Source of the DNA: Candidatus Acidiferrum sp.
GTDB lineage: Bacteria > Methylomirabilota > Methylomirabilia > Rokubacteriales > CSP1-6
Length of the DNA stretch: 64,000 bases
Assembly (NCBI GenBank): GCA_035317605.1
Contig: DATHGT010000133.1
Span: 5,452 to 69,451, forward strand
Direction: 5' to 3'
The position numbers and the translations under genes are program-made. This document shows positions 25,930 through 35,366 of the stretch, one piece after another (within the stretch, counting starts at the first letter, position 1; every line of letters starts with the position of its first letter). The notes beneath the pieces were generated by a model that did not search any database, was not told the origin of the DNA, and saw only the letters and a list, made by a program, of their open reading frames with translations.

Positions 25930-27209
25930 GCGCGGGAGCCGGACGGCGTCGGTGCGAGCAGCGTGCTCGTCCCGAGTCGCGCTTCGGCCCGCTGAGCCCA
26001 GACGGACAGGGTCTGCGTCAACAGGGCCAGCATCATGAACCCTGGCGCGCTGCCCCAGCCGTACTCCGAGAAGGCCAGGACCTGCGTGAGGGTTCCGAAC
26101 AGCAGCACCGCCATGATTCGCTGCCGTCCACGAGCCGCATCGACGCATCGGGCAAGGTAGGCGAACAACCGGAAGTACGCGACCACGGCCACGGCGATGC
26201 CCACGACGCCGCCCCGGACATACGCGCCCAAGAGCGCGCCCGCGTCCGTGGCCTCCACCCGCGTGCCCCAGAGCGAGCCTGCGCTCGCCTGGGCAGTCTC
26301 CGCCATCCAGCTGAGGCGCGCCAGCGCAGAACCGGTCTTCGAGAACGCGGTATACACCTCGCCGAGCTGGGCACTCATCTCCGCGATGGCGAAGACGATG
26401 ACTGGGACGTCAGCCAGCAGGACGATACCGATGCCCGCCGCGGTGACGATGAACGGAAGCGCGGCGGCCAGCCGCGTCCGTCGCGAGAAGATTCGCAGGA
26501 TCGGCCACAGGGCGGCGGAGGCGAGAATGGACAGCCAGACGGTGCCGGATGCCGCCAGGATCACCACAAACACGGCGATCGGGAGGGTGGCCCAGAACGA
26601 CAGGGCGCCACGCGCACCGAGAGCCAGGATGCCCGGGACCAGGAACGAGTAGATGAGCACAGAGGGCTCGGAGGCGAACGACTCGAATCGCGGAAACTCG
26701 TGCCCGGCGATGAAGATGGGGTACGGCTGGAGGAAGCCGAGATAATTGAGCGAGTGCGAGACCTCGACCGGGTCGGCCGAGGTGCCCGAGGTGTACGACG
26801 CATCGAGCGCCGCCGTGATCCCGGGATTGGTGGCGACGGCGACCGCTTGCAAGATCACCATCGACGAGAACACCGCCGCGACGACGACGATGCCGCGAAC
26901 GATGCGCCGGCTGTACGCCGGCCCCAAGCTGTCCACGATCGCGACGAGGACGAGCGCCAGGGCGGCATCCGCGATCCGCTCGACGGATGCCTCCTTCACG
27001 ACGTTCGCACAGAAATAGACCGCGGCGAGGACGAACAGCGGCTCCACCAGGAACGAACGGTGGCGCCGCCAGAGCAGCGGCAGCAACAGCCCCAGCGGGA
27101 GGAGGAGCACGACCTGCAACGATCGTCGATCGCCGATCGCGTTCAGGAATCCGAAGTTTCCAAACGCATAGAAGATGAGGGCGAGCAGGGACACGTAGAA
27201 GGCGGTCAC
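25926..27209 (-). CDS. polytopic membrane protein, Wzy-like (candidate O-unit polymerase)
   Basis: 427 aa with about 11 TM segments and one larger loop near the C-terminal third (AEMSAQLGEVYTAFSKTGSALARLSWMAETAQASAGSLWGTRVEATD). There is no enzymatic motif. The topology and the context next to GTs and Wzx suggest Wzy. Confidence 0.45.
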   Translation of the reverse strand: MTAFYVSLLALIFYAFGNFGFLNAIGDRRSLQVVLLLPLGLLLPLLWRRHRSFLVEPLFVLAAVYFCANVVKEASVERIADAALALVLVAIVDSLGPAYSRRIVRGIVVVAAVFSSMVILQAVAVATNPGITAALDASYTSGTSADPVEVSHSLNYLGFLQPYPIFIAGHEFPRFESFASEPSVLIYSFLVPGILALGARGALSFWATLPIAVFVVILAASGTVWLSILASAALWPILRIFSRRTRLAAALPFIVTAAGIGIVLLADVPVIVFAIAEMSAQLGEVYTAFSKTGSALARLSWMAETAQASAGSLWGTRVEATDAGALLGAYVRGGVVGIAVAVVAYFRLFAYLARCVDAARGRQRIMAVLLFGTLTQVLAFSEYGWGSAPGFMMLALLTQTLSVWAQRAEARLGTSTLLAPTPSGSRA

Positions 27210-27246
27210 CGGCGCCTCCGACCGCAGGGACTCACGACACTCCGGG

Positions 27247-28227
27247 TCACCGCCGGGGCTCCGGCACCCCGCCGGGCATCAGCGTGGTATCGCCCAGGAA
27301 CAGACCGAGCTTGGTGGCGATGCCGCGGGAGAGGGCGAACAGGCGCGGGGGCAGAACGAAATGGACGGCATCGATGAGCGCGAACAGTGGGAACCCCCGA
27401 CGGAGCTCGCGCTCGAGCGCGCGCACTCTCGCCCGCCCCCCTCTGGCGATCCGATACTGGAGGTGGAGGAGATACTTGAGATGCCGCCGACGGCAGGGGC
27501 GTGAGAAGCGGCCGGCGTGGCGGAGATAGGCCCGGCGATAACCGCGGTAGATGTCGTCGTACCGCCGGGAGATGCGGTCGCGCACCTCGTCGTGGTACGT
27601 GGCCAGGTGGTGCTGGAGCACGTGGATGGGGCCGACCTCGCTCATGCGCAGCCAGAAATCCCAGTCCTGGCAGGAGGCCAGGTCGTCGGTGATCCCGCCG
27701 CTCCGCCGAAGCGCGCTCCGGCGGGCCATGGCGAAGGAGAAGCTGCCGCACACGTTCCCCCACTGGAGCTCGTCGAGCGTCACCTCCGCGGGCGTGCTGG
27801 AACGCCTGCCCCCGATCTTCGCGCGGCGGGCGGTGTGCGCACCCTGTCTGACGAACAGGCAGGAGACCGCCACGTGCCGCGCGTGGGATTGCAGGAAGGA
27901 GACTTGACGCGACGTCTTGTCGGGCAACCACTCGTCGTCGTCGTCGAGGAACGCCACGAAATCGGCCGTCGCGCGGGCGATGCCGACATTGCGGGCGCGG
28001 GCGCCCCCCTGCCGAGCCTCGTGCCGGACGTAACGGAGCTGCAGGTCCGGGTGCGCAGCCGCGAAGGCCTTCACGGTCTCGCCGGTGGCGTCGGTCGACG
28101 CGTCGTCGACCACGATGACCTCGAGCGGCCGGTAGGTCTGACCCACGACGCTCTCCAGGGCGCGGCGCAGGAGCGCCGCGCGGTTCCTCGTGGGGATCAC
28201 GATCGAGACCACCGGCGTCGTGGACAT
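27247..28227 (-). CDS. glycosyltransferase family 2
   Basis: The start ATG 28227..28225 (MSTTPVVSIVIPTRNRA...) forms a TGATG overlap with the AsnB copy-2 stop. VVDDASTDAT and the DDDDEW (DXD) motif are present. Confidence 0.8.
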   Translation of the reverse strand: MSTTPVVSIVIPTRNRAALLRRALESVVGQTYRPLEVIVVDDASTDATGETVKAFAAAHPDLQLRYVRHEARQGGARARNVGIARATADFVAFLDDDDEWLPDKTSRQVSFLQSHARHVAVSCLFVRQGAHTARRAKIGGRRSSTPAEVTLDELQWGNVCGSFSFAMARRSALRRSGGITDDLASCQDWDFWLRMSEVGPIHVLQHHLATYHDEVRDRISRRYDDIYRGYRRAYLRHAGRFSRPCRRRHLKYLLHLQYRIARGGRARVRALERELRRGFPLFALIDAVHFVLPPRLFALSRGIATKLGLFLGDTTLMPGGVPEPRR

Positions 28228-30074
28228 CAGGCCGGGACCAGCACCTGGCGCCGCCACTCGGCCAACAGGGTCAGACCGAACAGGAGGTTGGCGTCACCGG
28301 ACGCTCCCCGGAGATCCGTCCAGCTCGCCGCGGCCGCCGTCACGTCGATGCGGTCGCGGAGGAATTCGTCGCTCTTCCAGACCCGGTCCCACGGCTCGTC
28401 GCTCTCCCGCGCCGCCTCGGCGAGCCAGTGGCCGACGGGGGCCCCGAATCCGCGCTTGGGGATCGCGAGCACTTCCTTCGGCAGGAGGTCACCGATGGCC
28501 TGCCGGAACAGCCGCTTGGTGGCCCCTCCCGCGACGCGATATCGGTCGGGCAGCGCGAACATCCATTCCACCAGCCGATGGTCGAGCAGCGGCACCCGGC
28601 CTTCCACCGACGCGGCCATCGTCATCTTGTCGAGGAGCGGCAGCAGGTCGCCGGCCAGGTACGTGTGCAGATCGAAATACGTCCGGCGGCTGACCGCGGT
28701 GACCAGCCGCGGATCGTGGAAGATCGGCGACAGCAGAGCGTCCAGTCGCTCGGTCAGGCGCCGCGTCCAGGCCGGGTCCCTCAGCAGACGACTCATGAGA
28801 TCGACACGTCCGGAGATCCGGCAGAGGTAGTCGACCACCGGGCTTCGCAGGCGCAGGGCCTGCGCGCTGCCGCCGGCCCCGAGCGCGAGGCCGGCGAGAC
28901 GGCGGAGGCCCCGCGGCATCGCCTCGAGACCGCGCCGCCACGCCTGGTCACTATAGCGGGGATAACCCCCGAACACCTCGTCGCCCCCGGTGCCGTTGAG
29001 AATGACGGTGATCCCGTCTTCGCGGGCCAGCCGCGACAGGAGCAGGGTCGGCACCGCCGCGGAATCGCAGACGGGCTCGTCGATGGAGGCGGCGACCTCG
29101 GGCAGCGCGGCGATCGCCGCCTTGGCGTCGAGGAGCAGCTCGCGATGGCGCGCGCCGTGGCGGGCGGCCACCATGCGCGCGGCCGGCCGCTCGTCGTAGA
29201 GGTGTCCCTCGAACCCGACCGAGAAGGTCCGCACCGGCTGGGTCACCTGCTCGGCCATCAGCGCGACCACGGTGCCGCTGTCCAGTCCGCCGCTGAGGAA
29301 GATGCCCAGCGGGACGTCGCTGCGCTGCTGGAGGCGAATCGCGTCGCGCAGCAGCTCCAGCAGGCGCTCCCTCGCCTCTCGCTCGTCGATCCGAGCGTCG
29401 CCGAAGCGCTCGACGTCCCAGTACCGTCGGGTCTCGATGCGGCCGTGTCGGTCGATCTTGAGGTAGTGCGCGGGCGGGAGCTTCCGGATCCCCTCGACGA
29501 GGCAGTCGGGGGCCGGGACGTACATCATGAGCAGGTACATGAGGAACGCGGTCTCGTCGATCGTGCGCCGGCCCGTCAGCTCGACGAGCGAGCGCAGCTC
29601 GGAGGAGAAGGCGAAGCGTCCGGGCTCGGCGACGTAGAACAGCGGCTTGATGCCGAGCCGGTCGCGGGCCACGAACAGCTCGCGCTCCCGCCGGTCCCAG
29701 ACGGCGAACGCGAACATGCCGTTGAGATCGGCGAGACAGGCCGGGCCCCGCTCCTCGTACAGGTGCAGCAGGACCTCGGTGTCGCTGTGCGTCCGGAACG
29801 TGTGCCGGCCGACCAAGTCGGCCCGCAGCTCGAGGAAGTTGTAGATCTCGCCGTTGAACACGATGCAGTAGCGCCCGTCCTCGCTCTCGATCGGCTGGTG
29901 CCCGCCCTTGACGTCGATGATCGAGAGGCGGCGGATGCCGAAGGTCAACCCGCCGTCCGTGAAGCTGCCCTGATCGTCCGGGCCACGGTGCACCATCCGG
30001 TCCAGCATCGACTGCAGCGCCCGCGTCTCAGGCGGGGCGCCGTCGAACCGGTGGATCCCGGCGATCCCGCACAT
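28227..30074 (-). CDS. asparagine synthetase (glutamine-hydrolysing)-like amidotransferase, copy 2
   Basis: 615 aa with MCGIAG and SGGLDSG. It is paralogous to 22833..24749 (roughly 45-50% identity by eye). Confidence 0.85.
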   Translation of the reverse strand: MCGIAGIHRFDGAPPETRALQSMLDRMVHRGPDDQGSFTDGGLTFGIRRLSIIDVKGGHQPIESEDGRYCIVFNGEIYNFLELRADLVGRHTFRTHSDTEVLLHLYEERGPACLADLNGMFAFAVWDRRERELFVARDRLGIKPLFYVAEPGRFAFSSELRSLVELTGRRTIDETAFLMYLLMMYVPAPDCLVEGIRKLPPAHYLKIDRHGRIETRRYWDVERFGDARIDEREARERLLELLRDAIRLQQRSDVPLGIFLSGGLDSGTVVALMAEQVTQPVRTFSVGFEGHLYDERPAARMVAARHGARHRELLLDAKAAIAALPEVAASIDEPVCDSAAVPTLLLSRLAREDGITVILNGTGGDEVFGGYPRYSDQAWRRGLEAMPRGLRRLAGLALGAGGSAQALRLRSPVVDYLCRISGRVDLMSRLLRDPAWTRRLTERLDALLSPIFHDPRLVTAVSRRTYFDLHTYLAGDLLPLLDKMTMAASVEGRVPLLDHRLVEWMFALPDRYRVAGGATKRLFRQAIGDLLPKEVLAIPKRGFGAPVGHWLAEAARESDEPWDRVWKSDEFLRDRIDVTAAAASWTDLRGASGDANLLFGLTLLAEWRRQVLVPA

Positions 30075-30077
30075 GGC

Positions 30078-31976
30078 TCAGCGCGCCTCCATTCCCTCGA
30101 CGAGCACGGTCATCACCCGCGAGGCCGGGAGCGTCACGCGGGCCCGCACCCGCGACGACAGCGTGGGGACAGCCTGACCATACTCCCCGTGATACCAGCC
30201 GAGCGGGAACGCGCCCCCCTCACCTCGATGATGCGACGTCTCGCACGTCGCCGGTCCGTCGGCTCCCTGGCACTGCACCAGCGCCGTGATCGTTCCAGCG
30301 GGCGTGGACACGGCGAGTCGATCCGGCGCCGCCGGCATCGGGTCGGATCCCGGCGCCCAGTGGAAGAACGCCTCGATCTCGGCCGGCCCCGAACCGGCGT
30401 AGCGGTCGTGAAGGGTGAAGCCGTCGGTGCGGCACGAGAGCGTGCGCTCGAATCGGACGCCCCGCCGCACGCGCTCGAAGCCGTCGTGGGCCACGACCAC
30501 CTCGACTCCGGCGGCGCTCACCTTGACGTCGGCGCGGCAGGAGGACCTCGTGTAGGCGGGTGGGAACCATCCCAGCCAGTCGTCGGGAAATGGCTCGAAC
30601 CCGTCGAGGGCTACCGAGTTGTGGGCGAAGGCCTGGACGGGGAATCGCGATCCGGCGTCCGTCGCGTAGCTGCGGCGTCCCACGTCGACGAGCAGCGGGC
30701 GACCCTCCAGGAACGCGCAGAAGGCCCCGCTGTCGTTGTGGCCATGGCTCGGGTGATCGGGGCGGCCGGTTCGCTCGATCCGCCAGAAGATCGTCAACGG
30801 TCCCACGTCGGTGCGATACCAGCCGCTCTCCGGAAAGGCCTCGACCGACGGCGCGGCCGATCGCTCGGCGCGCGGGGCTGCGGCGGGAGGCTCGATGAGA
30901 CGGCCCCAGCCACGCGGCGGACCGGGGGCCACGAGGTCGAGCAGCCAGGGCACCGTGCAGTCCGGCGACACGTCGCCGATCCGCGGGATGTCGACGGCCC
31001 CGTCGGGCGACTCCAGCAAGAAGAACCGGCAGCGATCGAGCATGCGCCGTCGATACGGCTCCGTCAGTCGGAGGACGCCGTCGTCTCCGACCGCCTCCGC
31101 CGCGCGGTGGATCTCCGCGACGGTGCGGGTGAGCAGGAAGTGATAGTGGGAGGAGCCTTCGCGGAGAAACCCGTCCTCGGTGACCAGGCGTGGCAGCATG
31201 CGCTCGAGGAGCGCGCGTCCGAGGGACGCGTACCGGTCCTGGTCCGTGGCCGCTCCGAAGAGGTAGAGCGCTCGCGCGTTGTTGACGAGGTGGTTGTTCG
31301 TGCGGTCGCCGTGATCCTCGAGGCGCCCGGCCAGGAACGCGCCCATCTCGCCCAGCGCGCCCACCAGCCGGCGCTCGGCGTCGGAGTTTCGCGGCGAGCA
31401 CGCGCGCGTCGCCGACAGGAACACCAGCGCGTTGGCGATGCGCTCGGACACCGAGTAGCTTTCCCAGGCCGGCGCGCCCGGGCGCGGCGGGCCACAGCGC
31501 TCGACCCACTGGAGCATGCGGTCCAGGATCCACATGGGGAGTTGTGGGCAGGAGTGCGTGGCGAGCAGGCGAAGCGCCCATCCCCAGCGGTGCAGGGCCA
31601 GGACGTCTTCGAGCTCCGCGAATTCGGCCGCCCACTCGGGGGCCGGCACCGCCGAGACGCTGGTGGTGACCAGCGGGAGATCCACCGGCGGGGGACACGC
31701 GACGTCACCACCGTTGACCGGCCACGGCCGAGCGAACCCGCGGAGGAACGACGCGCTCATCGCGGTCGGGGCACCGGAGGGCGGAAGCCCGTCCATGGCC
31801 GACCGGCCCGCCCGGCCCTGACGAAATGCGCGGCGGCGCTCGAGCAAGCGCAGCCCCTCGCGGACGGTATGGACGCCCCAGCCCAGGCGCCGCTCGGCGA
31901 TCACGCGGCGGAGATAGTTCCGCCATTCCGGTGTCGTGAACACCTGAAGTCGCGAGGGGCGCCGGAGCGGAGTCAC
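30078..31976 (-). CDS. heparinase II/III-like family protein (polysaccharide-modifying, alpha/alpha-toroid plus beta-sandwich)
   Basis: Track ORF 30078..32066. The probable start is GTG 31976..31974 in a GTGA overlap with the upstream stop. It contains NHLVNNARALYLFG and HGHNDSGAFCAFLEG, blocks characteristic of the Hepar_II_III family. Confidence 0.55.
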   Translation of the reverse strand: MTPLRRPSRLQVFTTPEWRNYLRRVIAERRLGWGVHTVREGLRLLERRRAFRQGRAGRSAMDGLPPSGAPTAMSASFLRGFARPWPVNGGDVACPPPVDLPLVTTSVSAVPAPEWAAEFAELEDVLALHRWGWALRLLATHSCPQLPMWILDRMLQWVERCGPPRPGAPAWESYSVSERIANALVFLSATRACSPRNSDAERRLVGALGEMGAFLAGRLEDHGDRTNNHLVNNARALYLFGAATDQDRYASLGRALLERMLPRLVTEDGFLREGSSHYHFLLTRTVAEIHRAAEAVGDDGVLRLTEPYRRRMLDRCRFFLLESPDGAVDIPRIGDVSPDCTVPWLLDLVAPGPPRGWGRLIEPPAAAPRAERSAAPSVEAFPESGWYRTDVGPLTIFWRIERTGRPDHPSHGHNDSGAFCAFLEGRPLLVDVGRRSYATDAGSRFPVQAFAHNSVALDGFEPFPDDWLGWFPPAYTRSSCRADVKVSAAGVEVVVAHDGFERVRRGVRFERTLSCRTDGFTLHDRYAGSGPAEIEAFFHWAPGSDPMPAAPDRLAVSTPAGTITALVQCQGADGPATCETSHHRGEGGAFPLGWYHGEYGQAVPTLSSRVRARVTLPASRVMTVLVEGMEAR

Positions 31977-33958
31977 AGGAGGCCCCGAGCCGTCAGGAAG
32001 CCGACGAGGCGGTCGTCGGCTCGGCCGTCGAGGACGTGGAACGTCCGGCGGAGCGCGGCCGGCCAAGCGGCCCGCAGCCGCGCGAGCACGGCCGGATCGA
32101 GCAACGCCTCGAGCGCCTCCGCCAGTCCGGCGGCGGAGTGCGCGAAGAGCGCGGCGTCCTTCATGTCGACCAGCGGCCCGATGTTGACGATCGCTCGATT
32201 GTCGAACACCACCGGTGGCCGGCCGAGGGCGATCGCCTCGAGGCCGGTCGTCGAATTGGTGAGCACCACCGCGTCGCTCGCGCGGATGTGTGCGTGGAGG
32301 TCGCTGTCGACGCCGAGGAGCCGCCAGCCGTGGCGCGGGCGGCCGCCGAAGAGACGCTGCACGTCGGCCGCGATGGGACAGTGATAGTGCGGCTTGAACA
32401 GGAGCACGAACTCCCCGGCTCCGTCGGCGGTGGCGCCGGCCAGCGCCTCGAGCAGGGCGAGCGAGTCGTCCCGGTCGCTGGAGCCGGCCACCAGCAGGAT
32501 GCGGCGCTCGAGGGGCAGATCAAGGCTCGCCCTCGCCTCGCGCGCGGGAGCCGCCTCGACCCTGAGCATGTTGTAGCGGACCGCGCCCACGACCTCGGAT
32601 CGCGTCTCGGGATAGCCGGTCGCCCGCATGATCTGAAGGGGCCAGTCCCCGGTCGCCAGGTAGTAGTCGGGCAGCGGCGTGTCGAGCCGGTCGTGGCCGG
32701 CGAGCGCCCGCTCGATTTCACCCTTGGCGAAGAAGAACATGAGCGTGTTCGACGACACGGTCGTGTGCTGAAAGGCGACCGTGCGGGTCGCGGTCCCCGA
32801 CGCCGCGTGCCAGATCGCGCGCTCCATGGGCTGGAACTCGCAGGGGTGCAGCACGAACGAGGGCCGGTGGGCGATCATCAGCCGACGCATGGCGGCGGCG
32901 AGCACGAGGTTCGTCGGCAGCTCGAAGCCCGTGAAGCTGCGGTCCAACTCCTCGCGCCACAGCGGCGTCACGTCCCACTCCGCGAAGTGAGCCGACAGAC
33001 GGCGCCGCAACCTCCGATAGTGCCACGTCCATCGGAGCCCATCCGCTCCGGCCAGCGCGGAGCATAGCTCGCCGACGGTGGCGAACAACAGGACCGGCAC
33101 GATCCGTCCGTGATCGAACGCCCGCCGGATGTTCCGACGGCGCCGGAGCAGGCGCCACGGCCACAGAGTGAGCAGCACCACCTGCCACATCGGCCCCCGG
33201 CTGCGCAGGGCCGGGAACACCGGCTCGAGGTTCCGCTCGCGGACGACCTCCGAGTCGGCCGCCTCGTACAGCACGGGGTATCGGCTGAACACCACCGAGC
33301 GCACCGCCGAATCCGGCCGGGGACGGCGGAGACCGATCATGGCCAGCACCAGACGGTTGCCGAGCGTCTGGATGCCCCATGCCGTGCGCATGGCCACGAA
33401 GCGCAACCAGAAATGCCTGAGACCGCTCAGCCGGGTACGAAGTCCCCGGCCGCGGGCCGGCCGTCTCGTCATCTCCTCGACCGCCAGCCCCCGCGCGCGC
33501 AGTCCGGACACCAGGCAGGCGGCCAGAGATCCGTCGACCAAGTCGAGCCGGGCACGTGGGAATCCGCGGCGGGCCAGCACCCCCTCGACCAGGAGCAGGG
33601 CGTAGAGCCGGTTGAGGAAGGGCGTCCTCAGCGGGCTCTTCTCACACGCATCGGTGAACCACCACGCGCTCGTGCCGTCCCGCTCGAGCAGCGTCAACAG
33701 CGAGGGGCCGGCCCCGATGCGCTGACGGACGGCCTCGTCGAGAAACGCGGGGTAGAGCCCGCGCAGCTGCTCGAGCGCCCGCTCGGAGACGTCCTCGACG
33801 GGAAGGACCGTGGCGCTCGCGCGGGTCAGGGCTTCGGCGAGGTGGGCCACGTAGAGGCTCGGGACGATCCCGAGGGGAAGGATCGTCACCGGACCCCGGT
33901 CCGACGGAATCCCCGCCGGATCGAGGTGATCGACGATGAGCAAGAGGGGCTCGCTCAC
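31973..33958 (-). CDS. large (661 aa) putative GT-B-like transferase of the KpsC/KpsS (capsule_synth) or TagF-like type; candidate nonulosonic-acid or polyol-phosphate transferase
   Basis: The C-terminal half has RILLVAGSSDRDD ... FVLLFKPHYHCP ... DAVVLTNSTTGLEAIALGRPPVVFDN, resembling the two-His 'KPH.H' and terminal donor-binding blocks of TagF/Capsule_synth folds. No Pfam-grade motif can be confirmed by eye. It is a remote paralog of 44359..46287. Confidence 0.4.
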   Translation of the reverse strand: MSEPLLLIVDHLDPAGIPSDRGPVTILPLGIVPSLYVAHLAEALTRASATVLPVEDVSERALEQLRGLYPAFLDEAVRQRIGAGPSLLTLLERDGTSAWWFTDACEKSPLRTPFLNRLYALLLVEGVLARRGFPRARLDLVDGSLAACLVSGLRARGLAVEEMTRRPARGRGLRTRLSGLRHFWLRFVAMRTAWGIQTLGNRLVLAMIGLRRPRPDSAVRSVVFSRYPVLYEAADSEVVRERNLEPVFPALRSRGPMWQVVLLTLWPWRLLRRRRNIRRAFDHGRIVPVLLFATVGELCSALAGADGLRWTWHYRRLRRRLSAHFAEWDVTPLWREELDRSFTGFELPTNLVLAAAMRRLMIAHRPSFVLHPCEFQPMERAIWHAASGTATRTVAFQHTTVSSNTLMFFFAKGEIERALAGHDRLDTPLPDYYLATGDWPLQIMRATGYPETRSEVVGAVRYNMLRVEAAPAREARASLDLPLERRILLVAGSSDRDDSLALLEALAGATADGAGEFVLLFKPHYHCPIAADVQRLFGGRPRHGWRLLGVDSDLHAHIRASDAVVLTNSTTGLEAIALGRPPVVFDNRAIVNIGPLVDMKDAALFAHSAAGLAEALEALLDPAVLARLRAAWPAALRRTFHVLDGRADDRLVGFLTARGLL

Positions 33959-34599
33959 CGTTCTCCCAGACCGACGAGCGCGGCGGAGAGCGAGCGCAGG
34001 TCGTCGACGACGGTGACCTCGGCCGGGAAGGGCGAGGCGGTCCCCGGCGGCACGCGCCCCACGAACGAGACTCCGGCGTCGCGGGCGCCCGTGAAGTCGC
34101 TCCAGGCGTCCCCGACCATCACCACCGTGGTCCGGTCGAACCCCGCGGTGCCGAGGATGCCGCGGATGATCTCCGCCTTGCTCGCCGGGCTGCCGAATAC
34201 CGCCTTGAAGTACGGGTCCAGACGGCGACGCGCGACGATACGCGCCAGCTCGGCGTCGGGCGTGCCCGACGCGACGTAGAGCGGCATGGGGGCGGTCTCC
34301 AGGAATTCGCGCGCGCCGTGAACGAGCGGGACCGCCACCACCTGGTCTTCGACCAGCGCGGAAAACCGCTCCCCCAGCTCGTGCTCTTCCCCGGGACCGA
34401 GGGGACGACGCAGGATCTCGCGATACGCGTAGCGGAATTTCTCGAAGCGCGAGATGCCGACGTGTCGCCGATGGTAGGCCACCACCGCTTCCGCGGCGTC
34501 CGGACCCCAGGGCGCGAAGAGCGCGCGGAACGCCTCGGTCTTGACGTCGGCCGACTCGACGATGACGCCGTCGAAGTCGAGCACGACGGCTTGAATCAC
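33955..34599 (-). CDS. HAD-superfamily phosphatase (beta-phosphoglucomutase-like subfamily IA)
   Basis: The real start is GTG 34599..34597 (VIQAVVLDFDGVIVESAD...), in a GTGA overlap with the upstream stop. HAD motif I is DFDGV and motif IV is MVGDAWSDFTGARDAG. The track ORF 33955..35400 carries 267 spurious N-terminal codons. Confidence 0.7.
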   Translation of the reverse strand: MIQAVVLDFDGVIVESADVKTEAFRALFAPWGPDAAEAVVAYHRRHVGISRFEKFRYAYREILRRPLGPGEEHELGERFSALVEDQVVAVPLVHGAREFLETAPMPLYVASGTPDAELARIVARRRLDPYFKAVFGSPASKAEIIRGILGTAGFDRTTVVMVGDAWSDFTGARDAGVSFVGRVPPGTASPFPAEVTVVDDLRSLSAALVGLGER

Positions 34600-35366
34600 A
34601 CGCTGGCTCCGCGACGCTCGTCGCCCCGGCCCGTCAGCAGGTCCGAGGGCACGCCGAGCTCGAGGCGGACGTTCTCCTCGCGGGCGTCGGCCGACCGGTG
34701 CGCCGCGAACACGGTGAAGGCGAGACGCTCGTACGGCGTCACCGCGGTACGGGAGGGGGGGCCCCAGTACCCATAGCCGACCAGCATATCGGGGCCGAGC
34801 CCGGCCAGCAGCCCGATCGCCTCGTGGACATTGAACACCACGTAGTTCGCCACTTCGGCACCCGGGTCGTCGCCCTCGAACACGATGCGCTGGCGGCTCA
34901 CCGCGGGGTCCGTCGTCCCCGCCCCATCCGTCAGCCGGAGCGACAGGATCAGGAGACCGCCCGGCGCGACGCAGGCCCACAGGCTCCGGATCGTCTCGAT
35001 CGGCGCGAGGTTCCAGTCCACGCAGCTCAACGACACCACCCACTGAAACCGCGCGGAGCCGCTCGGCGTCGTTCCCACGTCGGCACAGATGAAGGTCTGC
35101 CAGGGGCGGGCGCGGCCCTGGGCCACGGAGATAGCCTGGGGATTGACGTCGACCCCCACGTACCGATCGAGCGTGGAGAACCGCTCCTGAAGGGCCAGTC
35201 CGAGCCCGCCGGCGGCGCAGCCGGCGTCGAGCACCGAGCGGGGCGGCCCGAACCTGGCCGCGACCTGTTCGAAGACCGTCCGCTCGGAGGGATAGAACTC
35301 CTCCCAGCGGAGCCGGTGGCCTCCGTAGAACCGGGCGATCTCGTCGGTGCGATACGTCTTGTTCAT
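34596..35366 (-). CDS. class I SAM-dependent methyltransferase
   Basis: The real start is ATG 35366..35364 (MNKTYRTDEIARFYGG...) in an ATGA overlap. Motif I is VLDAGCAAGGLGLAL. Confidence 0.7.
   Translation of the reverse strand: MNKTYRTDEIARFYGGHRLRWEEFYPSERTVFEQVAARFGPPRSVLDAGCAAGGLGLALQERFSTLDRYVGVDVNPQAISVAQGRARPWQTFICADVGTTPSGSARFQWVVSLSCVDWNLAPIETIRSLWACVAPGGLLILSLRLTDGAGTTDPAVSRQRIVFEGDDPGAEVANYVVFNVHEAIGLLAGLGPDMLVGYGYWGPPSRTAVTPYERLAFTVFAAHRSADAREENVRLELGVPSDLLTGRGDERRGASV

Noticed and set aside
22746-32384. Giant plus-strand ORFs 22746..24794 and 28428..32384 (1318 aa)
   Set aside because: They are antisense to AsnB, GT2 and heparinase-like genes. They are compositional artefacts.
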